Shown here: positions 1 to 11,876 of the stretch, one piece after another | How positions within the stretch are numbered: the first letter of the stretch is position 1 | How the letters are laid out: each line of letters begins with the position of its first letter | Assembly: GCA_964016885.1 (NCBI GenBank) | Contig: CAXHJY010000989.1 | Span: 1 to 19,276, forward strand | Source of the DNA: Eledone cirrhosa | Lineage: Eukaryota | DNA: 19,276 nt | Direction of reading: 5' to 3' | The notes under the pieces: model-generated | The model's input: the letters and a program-made list of their open reading frames with translations, nothing else | What the model was told of the DNA's origin: nothing | The model's database searches: none | Made by a program: the position numbers and the translations under genes

Positions 1-75
1 TAATATTATATATATATATATATTATAATATTATATATATATATATATTATAATATTATATATATATATATATTA

Positions 76-116
<41 letters not shown>

Positions 117-402
117 ATTATATATATATATATATATTATAATATTATATATATATATATATAATTATAATATTATATATATATATTATAATATTATATA
201 TATATATTATAATATTATATATATTATAATATTATATATATATATTATAAATATTATATATATTATAATATTATATATATATATTATATTATATATATAT
301 ATTATAATATTATATATATATATATATTATAATATTATATATATATATATTATAATATTATATATATATATATATTATAATATTATATATATATATATAT
401 TA

Positions 403-443
<41 letters not shown>

Positions 444-965
444 ATTATATATATATATATATATTATAATATTATATATATATATATATATATTATATAA
501 TATTATATATATATATATATATTATAATATTATATATATATATTATAATATTATATATATATATTATAATATTATATATATTATAATATTATATATATAT
601 ATTATATTATATATATATATTATAATATTATATATATATATATATATTATAATATTATATATATATATATATATAATATTATATATATATTATAATATTA
701 TATATATATATATATATTATAATATTATATATATATATATAATAATATTATATATATATATATAATTATAATATTATATATATATATTATATTATAATAT
801 TATATATATATATATATATTATAATATTATATATATATATATATTATAATAATTATATATATATATATATTAATAATATTATATATATATATTATAATAT
901 ATATATATATAATTATAATATTATATATATATATTATAATATTATATATATATATATATTATAAT

Positions 966-1003
<38 letters not shown>

Positions 1004-1099
1004 ATTATATATATATATATTATAATATTATATATATATATATTATAATATTATATATATATATATTTTATATATATATTTATATATATATTTATATAT
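1..1099. repeat. Pure A/T compound microsatellite: (TA)n punctuated by TTATAATATTA
   Basis: No G or C seen before position 1100; recurring self-complementary TATAATATTATA separated by variable (TA)n; runs off the window start. Confidence 0.97.
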
Positions 1100-1794
1100 G
1101 TGTGTGTGGAAGGATTTATGTGTACACCTCTCTCTATGTGTATTGCGTATCAAAATATACAGTTTTAGTCTCATGCAAATCTTTCTTTAAAATGACTTTC
1201 TTTCTTTGGGGAGAAGGAAAGAAAAAACGAAAGATCAGTGATAGCATATGAAATGAGAAACATAACAAAAGACACGGCACCGGCAATGAACCTGATTCTA
1301 ATAAAGTAGATTTGTATAGAATCTTATAAAATCTCATTTCATCTCATATTCTTCACCACACAAATGGGAATAAGAAATAATTTATCTCATACAAAATTCA
1401 TGAAACGGGTCATTCCTGCATTGAAATATTTTTGAATAACTTTCAGAGACTACAGCATTTTTATTAATTCTACAACACTAAGTTGGATACAATACCAAAT
1501 GGTAAACACACTATACTAATAACAATATTTACTGATATTTTCTTTTCTTTCTTTTTATCCAATTCTTTACGATAAGATGACATAAAGTTAGAAAATCAGT
1601 GTTGATATGACTTCTTCACAAGGATGAGCAATGTTATATCGAAACATCTAGATATTTAACAACATAAACCGAATATATCTCTATATATTTGGAGAAAAAT
1701 TCAGCTAAATGAAAATTGAGCAAGGGGACAATTACTTTTATACCAATATTTAGGAATCTATCCGTCTTATATTCATAGAGGCAAACATTATTCA

Positions 1795-1836
<42 letters not shown>

Positions 1837-1845
<9 letters not shown>

Positions 1846-2258
1846 TAAACAAATAATGAATAAAACAATGAAACAGTTCCTTATATTAAACAAAAAAAAG
1901 TTCATTATTTAAACGATCGTTTCTAGGATATATATGTGTTAGAATTGGCATGCATATTCAACAGATCTATGTACAAAATTATACAAACTATCAAGATTAA
2001 ATATACATACCAAACACACATATACGCCGTCTTCAGAAATAATTATTTCTGAAGACGGCGTATATGTGTGTTTGGTATGTATATTTAATCTTGATAGTTT
2101 GTATAATTTTTGTATAATTTTGTACATAGATCTGTTGAATATGCATGCCAATTCTAACACATATATATCCTAGAAACGATCGTTAAATAATGAACTTTTT
2201 TTGTTTAATATAAGGAACTGTTTTCATTGTTTTATTCATTATTTGTTTAATATTTTAT
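1837..2258. repeat. 422-bp spacerless inverted repeat (palindrome), probably an inverted PLE pseudo-LTR duplication
   Basis: Axis between 2042/2043 (CTTCAGAAATAA|TTATTTCTGAAG). Arms are 206 and 216 nt and differ only by an 11-nt duplication (TTGTATAATTT) in the right arm and three 1-nt homopolymer indels. The left arm starts at a (TA)n tract. Confidence 0.95.
2042..2191 (+). ncRNA. Type I hammerhead ribozyme-like motif with extended stem II (mirror copy on minus strand of left arm)
   Basis: Stem I ATTATTT 2042-2048 / AAATAAT 2185-2191; core CTGAAGA 2049-2055; long stem II 2056-2172; GAAAC 2173-2177; palindromic stem III ACGATCGT; cleavage triplet GTT 2182-2184. The stem II base is non-canonical (C...A). 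Confidence 0.65.
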
Positions 2259-2411
2259 CTTGACTCTGGATACCGTTTATCTTTCACCGAAAGTGATTTT
2301 TCATTACATCTCTTCTTTCCATGATATCCGGAATACATTGAGTTCTTCATACGGATTGGGACACTACCGTAAACTCTTGGTAGATTTATCTACATATATA
2401 TATATATATAC

Positions 2412-2557
2412 AAAATAGCTAACTGAATAGTTCCTTTCTCTTCGTACACTTTTCTTTCTATTTATCTTCTATTTCGAAATCTATCTTCTGATGAAAGACT
2501 AATGTCCGAAACGTTAAGACTCTCTGTCTACAATTTCTGTTTATCTTTTACATACCC

Positions 2558-2558
<1 letters not shown>
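2412..2558 (+). mobile_element. Short HHR-bearing insert between (TA)n tracts, probable PLE pseudo-LTR fragment
   Basis: ~147-nt unique segment bounded by TA repeats on both sides and containing a minimal hammerhead motif. Confidence 0.55.
2484..2519 (+). ncRNA. Minimal type I hammerhead ribozyme (PLE-type)
   Basis: TCTT-CTGATGA-AA-GAC-TAAT-GTC-C-GAAACGT-T-AAGA: stem I TCTT/AAGA, core CTGATGA 2488-2494, stem II GAC/GTC, GAAA 2508-2511, palindromic ACGT stem III typical of minimal dimer-forming HHRs. Confidence 0.75.
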
Positions 2559-2590
<32 letters not shown>

Positions 2591-2630
2591 TACATACATA
2601 TGTGTGTATGTAGATATATATATATATATT

Positions 2631-2683
<53 letters not shown>

Positions 2684-2731
2684 TACATACATGTGTGTGT
2701 ATATATATAATATATATATGCACATACATAC

Positions 2732-2782
<51 letters not shown>

Positions 2783-2869
2783 TACATACATGTGTGTATA
2801 TATATATTATATATATATATATATATATATGCACATACATACATACATACATACATACATACATGTGTG

Positions 2870-2915
<46 letters not shown>

Positions 2916-2967
2916 CATATGTGTGTATGTATATATATATATATATACATACATATGTGTATGTATG

Positions 2968-3011
<44 letters not shown>

Positions 3012-3055
3012 CATATGTGTATGTATATATATATATATATACATACATATGTGTG

Positions 3056-3101
<46 letters not shown>

Positions 3102-3183
3102 CATACATACATACATACATATGTGTGTATGTATATATATATATATATATATATATACATACATACATACATACATATGTGTG

Positions 3184-3221
<38 letters not shown>

Positions 3222-3269
3222 CATATGTGTGTATGTATATATATATATATACATACATACATATGTGTG

Positions 3270-3311
<42 letters not shown>

Positions 3312-3312
3312 C

Positions 3313-3357
<45 letters not shown>

Positions 3358-3358
3358 C

Positions 3359-3409
<51 letters not shown>

Positions 3410-3410
3410 C

Positions 3411-3459
<49 letters not shown>

Positions 3460-3469
3460 CATATGTGTG

Positions 3470-3505
<36 letters not shown>

Positions 3506-3506
3506 C

Positions 3507-3541
<35 letters not shown>

Positions 3542-3546
3542 CATAC

Positions 3547-3579
<33 letters not shown>

Positions 3580-3822
3580 CATACATATGTGTGTATATAT
3601 ATATATATATATACATACATATGTGTGTATGTATATATATATATATATATATATATACATACATACATATGTGTGTATGTATATATATATACATATGTGT
3701 GTATGTGTGTATGTATATATATATATATATATATATATACATACATACATATGTGTGTATGTATATATATATACATATGTGTGTATGTATGTATTTATAT
3801 ATATTTGTATATATATATTTGT
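2559..3822. repeat. Higher-order microsatellite: ACATACATATGTGTGT(ATGT) units separated by (TA)n
   Basis: Direct reading; the left part uses the variant GCACATACATACATGTGTGT. Source of the YI/HTY-repeat ORFs. Confidence 0.97.
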
Positions 3823-4480
3823 GTCAGGTCACCAGTTGGTGCTACTGGTAACATGTATCCCAGAACAATCTGTCCCATGGTCGGGTCGTTGGCGACTAAA
3901 CTGGCAACCCTACCAAGTTTTCTTGGTGAGGAGGGTGATTTTGGACATCCTAAAGGACTAAAAACAAAACCTGTCAAAGGGCAAAGGAGCTCTTAAGAGT
4001 CAATGGCCATCCAAAATCACCGGGAGAGATGACCCCTTAGCCTTTGTCAAGGCAGAATTCTAGCAGAAGGAAAATTCTGATATAACACCTGCAACCCTGA
4101 TGGTATCCAATGATGTTGACTTGTTCTTCTTTTTGGTAAATATCATCTTGGTTAAGAGAGTGGGACTGGCTTTGTGCAGTGCTTTTGCTCCCTATAAAAG
4201 CTTCACGGCACAGGCATTACTTTATATCTGGAGATCTCTCAGAACTTGTCGTCACATGGTACCATGGGCCCAGCACTATGTGTCAATAATTGTCACAAGT
4301 GTAGTGTTTGTACCAGAGTTTTCAAGTTGCTGGCCCGAATAAAAAATAATACTCGTTCAGCCCATCGGTAGGGGTTCTCCTACATGGATATAAAGTAGTG
4401 GCCCTACTCGAAAACGAGTTGGCAGCGCTCTGGTAACGAACTACTGAAAACTCAACGTCGAAACCAACGAATGATTGATC
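3823..4480 (+). mobile_element. Interspersed repeat, probable RTE-type LINE 5' leader/UTR
   Basis: The first 205 nt recur at 10194-10398 (13 substitutions, no indels by my count). CTAGCAGAAGGAAAATTCTGAT near 4060 resembles a motif I recall from RTE leaders. More GC-rich than the flanks; right boundary approximate. Confidence 0.6.
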
Positions 4481-5634
4481 ATTTTAGTTATAAATAGTAT
4501 GCAGTACTAGTGACAATTTATGAATTATGTCACATAGAAATGTTCGGATGGCTAATGTGCTAGGCCAGTAATTGTTTTTATTAAATCCATCTCCTTTTAT
4601 ATTTTCACATCATTTTAAACTCTGCATAATATATATTTAGTAAACGGCCGAAATATATACCAGATTAACATGGAATATGATATTACCTGCGGTGAACTCG
4701 AGGATCTTTAGTTACTCTTATAATATTTTTATTAAAAATGACGCCATCGGCGATGAATTAGTGCGGTTATAATAACTAACTATCTATCTGCTTACTATGC
4801 GAAGAGATCGTTAAAACGAACAGCAAAGTATATTATGCAACCAATTTTCTCAGAAATATATATATGATATATAAATAAAAATTAAATAAATCCTATATAC
4901 CAATAATAGTGTAAAACTCTGTAGACAGAAATTCTATGAAAATATATCTGCGTTCAAACAATTTGAGTTATGTACATTAAATAATTGTTGACCAAAACTT
5001 TTTAAACATCAGAATAACATGTAAAGCATCATATAAAGCTAAATACAGAAGAGAATATATTTGATACTTTTTTATCACATTCTCTTAATAATAGGTAAGC
5101 AAAATTATATTTTAAAAATACACATTGATATGTGAAAATATCAGGAATCAAGGGAAAAAAAGTTACTAAACATATAACATTATACTTTTACAATTTCTCT
5201 TCAAAAGTATGTATATTTTATATAGCTTTAGCGTTTGTTTACCCAATCATCATTTTTTTCTTATGACTTTTACTTCCCATAACCCAAAATATATTTCATA
5301 ATCTCGAAACTGATGGCTTGATAAGATACGGAAAATGGTAGAAACACACAAGCAGCAGTTATGTTGTTTTTTATGATTCTATCGAATGTAAAATTTGTTA
5401 TTATTTTATTATATTATATTTTCATTTCGTAGTGTGCATCTGCTTATTCTGTTATTTTTCCATAAATATGATTCTATGCAACAGAACGATTCATTCGGTT
5501 GGTTAACAGCACATATATCAAATCACTTAAAGAAACCTCACTGTTTGGTTTATGGTCAAACAAGAGACTGAATTGCCAGTTCTAAGTTCAAGCTCAATCA
5601 GTAAATACATTTTCCCATCATCTTAAACATCTAA

Positions 5635-5735
5635 AGACATATACACATACACACACACATATACATAGACGCATACAGATACAGACACACATTCACACAT
5701 ACATACATACATACATACATACATAAACACACACA
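5635..5735. repeat. (CATA)n/(CA)n microsatellite
   Basis: Direct reading. Confidence 0.9.
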
Positions 5736-6080
5736 TCTCATAACATCTGGTCGACCTTGTTCGGACATTCATGAACCTAGCACGGTGAAGCAGCATAAGT
5801 GTTGGGAGGGCATTAGGGGAACATCCTGTTTCTCTACATAGTTGGTCAATGTAAGTTAAAGCCGGCTGGCTAATCTTCTTCTGACCGTGGCCAGGTGCCT
5901 AAAGCAAACGATCGCTAACAAATTCTTGCTTTGCTCGTCAGCAGTGTCCAGCAAATCGCTTTGTTCATTCCCGCAACATTGCAGATATATATCAGAGATG
6001 GGACCATAGAGCAGTTGTTTAGTGGGATGTTGTGTCCAAGAGATATTAAATTCAGCCCCCAGCATCGGTGTATAAGAACT
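5733..6080 (-). mobile_element. 5'-truncated, decayed RTE-clade LINE 3' end
   Basis: Minus-strand translation across a frameshift and stops: SYTPMLGAEFNISWTQHPTKQLLYG..ISAMLRE*TKRFAGHC*RAKQEFVSDRLL*APGHGQKKISQPALTYIDQLCRETG..., matching the RTE C-terminal pattern (YTRML.ALNISW..H.T..LYG; R.AGHC.R; TYIDQL). Confidence 0.85.
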
Positions 6081-6950
6081 TATATGCGGAGGAGGAAGAA
6101 GAAGAAATAAATGATGTTCTCATAGAGTTAATAATTCCCCTCTTCCTCCACCACTAAAATAAATAATTGTCATCTTCTTTTGCCTTACGTCGTTAATATA
6201 CCTTTGCCATCAACAATTTCTTCCTCCCATCAATAATTCCTCTCGTTCATGACCATCACAGACACAAAAGCATAAGTATATCGATTAGACATATTTTATA
6301 TGTGAAATATGTTGCTTGCACTGGTCTTGTATCTGTGCTGTCTTTCATAGATTTACTTTGTTTTATTATTAGCTTCTTACCATCTTATCTTAGATTCAAC
6401 GTTTGTTTTATCATTTTTGTCTCTTTCACTTTTTCTCCTTGAATTTCACTTGTTTTTCGCTGATATTCTCTCTTGTGGTTTCGGTTTTGTCAATTGAAAT
6501 ATTGCTTTCATCTTTATATTGAAATTCCAATCCATTCAATTCTATCTCCTCAACACTTTTTTGTCTGGCTTTTGCTGTTAAAATTAAATGCTAGTGTGTC
6601 GTCAGTAATCCCCCACCCCTCTATTTCAGAGTGCCTAATCCATCGATTCAACAAACAGTCTCCTTGCCAATACAACCAACATAGCTACTTCGTCAACTAT
6701 ATACCATAATTCTTAGTGATTTCAATAATGACTTCCGCTTTCCCTTTCCCCTCCATTCCAGATGTCCCATGTTTTTTGTTTTCGTATCTATGCCTCACTC
6801 AGTTTTGTCACCTTACCTGGAGCTGGTTAGCTGATCTTAATCTACCAGTTACACAGCATAAGCTGACTATGAAGTATTGATACTAGATCTGTGAATTCTT
6901 GCATGCATTAATTTCAACTCTTCTTATTAAGAAATGCATTGTTCCTTTCC

Positions 6951-7034
6951 AGGGACTACGTTAAAAAAATAACCTCATTTGGTCATTCCATGAGAGCATC
7001 TCCGTCAGCTTATGAACCTTTCAGCCGAGCCTCG
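6951..7034 (-). mobile_element. Mariner-like DNA transposon terminal fragment
   Basis: Minus strand reads CGAGGCTCGGCTGAAAGGTTCATAAGCTGAC...CTCTCATGGAATGACCAAATGAGG, like mariner TIRs (TACGAGGG..CTGAAAAGTTC). Recognised from memory; no partner TIR found. Confidence 0.45.
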
Positions 7035-7202
7035 AAATTCATCAAATACTTAACTTCATAAATGTTACCACACTCTCATACAAACGACCTCTTGCGTATT
7101 TACTCTCATGACTACACTTCATCTCCGAAATATAATGCACTTTATTCAGTTGAGACCAATTGCAGTCTGTATAATAATTTTATGTGGAATACAACATCGA
7201 CA

Positions 7203-7330
7203 GCCCTTTACAGTCTGAGTTTAAATCCTGCTGGGGTTAACTTTGCCTTTCATCCTTACGGGGTCGATAAAATAAAATACCGGTAATGCACTTGCATAAT
7301 TGCTGGCCTTGTGCAAAAAGTAGAAATACT
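7203..7330 (+). mobile_element. tRNA-derived SINE, 5'-truncated copy
   Basis: Aligns with 14510-14635: B-box-like GAGTTTAAATCC, core CTTTGCCTTTCATCCTTACGGGGTCGATAAAAT, tail AATTGCTGGCCTTGTGC..AGTAGAAA. Confidence 0.85.
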
Positions 7331-7780
7331 GTTATAGATATATGTAGCGAATTGATGGAACAACTGATTGTTCAAAGAAACAGATTTGATTTAGGATCTA
7401 TAATTAGGTTTATCTTCACAGCCATAAGAGTGTTTTGAAGTTTTACCATGCAGAGTTTGTACAGTCAATGTTAACGACACCAATGCAGTATCTTCATTGC
7501 TGTCAATAGAGGTCAATTGTATAGAGAAATATTTTCTATATAAAACTAGCTAGATTTGAGTTATTGGTAAATTGAAAATTTCATAGAAAACTAATCATTG
7601 ACAGGTAGGTGAGTGACCCATTCGATCCGGCGTTTGTATTCCTATGTGTATCAAATATGATAATTAAGATTTTCTCCAGATTTCCAGATCCTCCAACATA
7701 CTAGAGAGAAATTCTCAATATTCCCTCAGAAAAAAGTGCATATTAATTTAATATACTAGAATTCTTTCCATACGCTGACG

Positions 7781-7850
7781 CGTATGTGTATATGTGCGTG
7801 CGTATGTGTATATGTGCGTACCTGTGTGTATATGTGCGTGCCTGTGTGTA
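7781..7850. repeat. 20-bp minisatellite (CGTATGTGTATATGTGCGTG), ~3.5 copies
   Basis: Units start at 7781, 7801, 7821 and 7841. Confidence 0.85.
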
Positions 7851-9012
7851 TGTACATATGCATATATTTATATGTATGAGGCTATAAATATAAACGTGCA
7901 AACAGTCACACTTACAAAACTACACATACATTCACAGAGGCAGCAGGTGTAATGAGAGGAGTAGTATTAGGTAGACAAACTACTCCTCTCTCTTTATGTA
8001 TTGTGAAAGAATCGCAGAAATTTATATATATGCAAAGAAGTCAAAGTACACCTTTGAGTGATGAGAACGTAGAAGACAAGATAGTGGAACATAAAATATG
8101 TAATGATTTAACGGCTCTAGCATCTCGGCACACACAGATAGTTACAATTGATTATATTACCCTTTGACTTTTATATCGTTTATAAATGAAAACAACAAAA
8201 ACAAAAAGCAACAACAACACCTAAACATGGTAAATGCCTTGATAAATACAAGAAATAAAATAGAAGGAAAAATTGAAAAATCTATTCAAAAGACAGGATG
8301 TGTAATTGACTTTTTGCGCATTCTTCTAGATAACAGATTTAATGAAAGGAAGAGATCTAAAGTAAAACTCCGAAAAATATACGAACACTATCAAACTAAA
8401 ATACTATTAAATATATATATAAAAAAACGCATCAACATAATTCAGCTAATAAACTTATTTGAAATTCATTGAAAACAAAATTAAAAGAAAATCAAACCTA
8501 GCTTATAAATATATATAAAAATGGTAAATGAAGAAAATATGGCGTTCTTGTTTTTTTTTTTACTCGTAAAGTTTTGCTGGTTAACAAAAACCAACTAGGA
8601 CATATGTGAATGGAAGATAAGGACCGTGCAAAATTGCAATTTCATTTCTTTGAGATAAACTTTAATTCCCCCCCCCCCCCCCCCCCTGATACTCACAAGT
8701 TTCGAACGCTTGTTAAAAATTGTAAAAAAAAAAACGAAAAAAAAAAACGTAAGGAAAATCCCAAAACAAACTTCAACTATAACTTCATATATAACAAAGA
8801 GAAAACATCAGAAATAACAAACAATAATATTAATCAATAAGTACCAAAAATTAAATTTAAAAAAGAATGAAAGAATTTATAGAGCATGTCTCAAGACAAC
8901 AATCGTTTTTGAATCAAGCATTGTGATAATGTATTATGTCTTCTAATTCGTTTGGCGGTGTATAAACACACATCCTCCTACACGTATAGACAGACACAAA
9001 GAGAAACAGACT

Positions 9013-9141
9013 TATATATATATATGCATATATATATATATATATGTATATATGAATATATATATGTGTATATATGAATATATATATGTGTATATATGAA
9101 TATATATATGTGTATATATGAATATATATATGTATATATGT
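9013..9141. repeat. (TA)n microsatellite with GAA/TGTG interruptions
   Basis: Direct reading. Confidence 0.9.
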
Positions 9142-9775
9142 ATATACGTGAACGACGCAGTAATATACGTGAACGACAAAGTATAAATGAATTGAGAGAG
9201 AGACTGAGCATAAGAGGAATCAAATGCTGTGTGCAGGAGAGGCGGTTGCGCTGGTATGGACATGTGATGCGTATGAAGGATGATAGCTGCATAAAAAGGT
9301 GCAGAGCACTAGAAGTTGATGGAAACCGAGGAGTGGGGAGACCCAAGATGATCTGGGATGAGGTGATAAAAGCCGACCTTACCCAATTACACCTCTCAAA
9401 GACAATGACACACGACCGTGACTTCTGGCGTCACGCAGTAATACAGAGTACCCGACCTCCCATGGGTACAAGCTGAAGCATATAGACAATATGCCCCCAC
9501 ACCTCCCACCGCAAGGTGGTCGTGGAGGTGCCACGGCAAAAAAGCACCCAGCCCACACTGTAAAGTGGACGTGTAGGCGCCACGAAAAAGCACCCAGCAC
9601 TCACTGTAAATGAGGTTGGTGTTAGGAACGGCATCCAGCTGTAGAAATCAAGCCAGATCAGTTCCTGTATGAGCAAGGCATGGTCAGCCGACCAGACACT
9701 GCCCACAACAGGACAACCCGTCTAACCCATGCTAGCGTGGAAGAACGGACGTAAAATGGTGATGATGATGATGAT
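9142..9775 (+). mobile_element. 5'-truncated RTE-clade LINE: ORF C-terminus, 3' UTR and (GAT)n tail
   Basis: Open frame to the stop at 9476: [29 protein letters not shown]...[23 protein letters not shown]...DRDFWR (RLRW.GHV.RM, GRP..W and DR..WR are RTE hallmarks); GATGATGATGATGAT tail 9761-9775. Confidence 0.92.
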
Positions 9776-10077
9776 ATATGTGTATATATATATATATATG
9801 TATATATGTGTATATATATATATGTGTATATATGTATATATGTGTATATATATATATGTGTATATATGTGTATATATGTATATATGTGTATATATATGTG
9901 TATATATATGTGTATATATATGTGTATATATATGTGTATATATATGTATATATACATGTATATATACATATGAATATATATACATATGAATATATATACA
10001 TATGAATATATACATATGAATATATACATATGAATATATACATATGAATATATACATATGAATATATATATATATGA

Positions 10078-10109
<32 letters not shown>

Positions 10110-10141
10110 GAATATATATATATATATATGAATATATATGT

Positions 10142-10193
<52 letters not shown>
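9776..10193. repeat. Compound (TA)n microsatellite with TGTG and CATATGAA variants
   Basis: Direct reading. Confidence 0.95.
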
Positions 10194-10196
<3 letters not shown>

Positions 10197-10398
10197 AGGT
10201 CACCAGTTGGTGCTACTGGTAACATGTATCTCAGTACAACCTGTCTCATGGTCGGGTCGTTGGCGACTAAACTGGCAACGCCACCAAGGTATCTCGGTGA
10301 GGAGGGTGACTTTGGACATCCTGTAGGACTAAAAACAAAAGCTGTCAAAGGGCAAAGGAGCTCTTAAGAGTCAATGGCCATCCAAAATCACCGGGAGA
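10194..10398 (+). mobile_element. Second, truncated copy of the 3823 repeat (first 205 nt)
   Basis: ~94% identical to 3823-4027; same start (GTCAGGTCACC) after a TA tract; ends in a TA tract. Confidence 0.9.
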
Positions 10399-10444
<46 letters not shown>

Positions 10445-10449
<5 letters not shown>

Positions 10450-10713
10450 ATAATAATAAATTTGAAGACTAAAATCCAAAGAGGGCTCGATAAGGATAAA
10501 TATATATCAAATATATAAGAACCGTAGAGCAAATATTATTTGCATAGCGAACGTTTCAACGAACCAAAGTATCGTCTTTCTGTCTTCCTCCGGTGCAACG
10601 TTTTTTGAAATATCCACTTCTGCGTTTACAGATTGACTTTGTTAGTTTCAGAAGATCCCGTTAAGGGTGAAAGCAGCGATTCTTTGCTTAAACTTTAATC
10701 TGTTATTTTAATA
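10445..10713 (-). mobile_element. Short repeat in (TA)n carrying a degenerate hammerhead; probable PLE pseudo-LTR fragment
   Basis: Both ends recur at 14873-14952; minus strand has TTGCAC-CGGAGGA...GACGA/TCGTT-GAAACGTTCGCT-ATGCAA. Confidence 0.55.
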
Positions 10714-10801
10714 AATATATATATATAGATATATGTATACATATAGATGTATATATATATGTATATATATATATGTATATATATATATGTATATATATAT
10801 G

Positions 10802-10880
<79 letters not shown>

Positions 10881-10889
10881 GTATATATG

Positions 10890-10988
<99 letters not shown>

Positions 10989-11823
10989 GTATATATATAT
11001 ATGTATATATATATGTATATATATATATGTATATATATATGTATATATATATATGTATATATATATATATGTATATATATATATGTATATATATATATGT
11101 ATATATATATATATGTATATATATATATGTATATATATATATGTATATATATATATGTATATATATATATGTATATATATATATGTATATATATATATGT
11201 ATATATATATATGTTTGTATATATATGTTTGTATATATATATGTATACATATATATGTATATATATATGTTTATATATGTATATATATATGTATATATAT
11301 ATGTTTATATATGTATATATATATGTTTATATATGTATATATATATGTTTATATATGTATATATATATGTTTATATATGTATATATATATGTTTATATAT
11401 GTATATATACGTTTATATATATGTTTATATATGTATATATACGTTTATATATATGTTTATACGTTTATATATATGTTTATATATGTATATATATGTGTAT
11501 ATATATGTTTATATATGTGTATATATATGTTTATATATGTATATATGTTTATATATGTTTATATATGTATATGTATGTATATATATGTATATATATATAT
11601 GTATATATATATGTATATATATATATGTATGTATATATATATGTATGTATATATATATGTATGTATATATACATGTATGTATATATATATATATATATAT
11701 GTATGTATATATATATGTATGTATATATATATGTATGTATATATACATGTATGTATATATACATGTATGAATATATATGTATGTATATATATATGTATGT
11801 ATATATATATGTATATATATATG

Positions 11824-11876
<53 letters not shown>

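Noticed and set aside
1447-1501. Candidate 55-nt exon (TTTCAG...G|GTAAAC, frame DYSIFINSTTLSWIQYQM)
   Set aside because: Splice-like signals occur by chance; no recognisable protein or partner exons.
1604-1660. Possible hammerhead (GATATGAC/GTTATATC stem then GAAACATCTAGAT)
   Set aside because: The core box is GTGTTGA (two mismatches), there is no GTH triplet and no stem I.
1939-2160. 73-aa ORF across the palindrome
   Set aside because: By-product of the inverted repeat.
2502-3996. Overlapping 300-450 aa ORFs rich in Y/I/H/T/C/V/M
   Set aside because: Translations of microsatellite, open in all six frames; not genes.
8164-8472. 102-aa K/N/I-rich ORF
   Set aside because: Composition follows the A-rich strand skew; non-ATG start and no recognisable domain.
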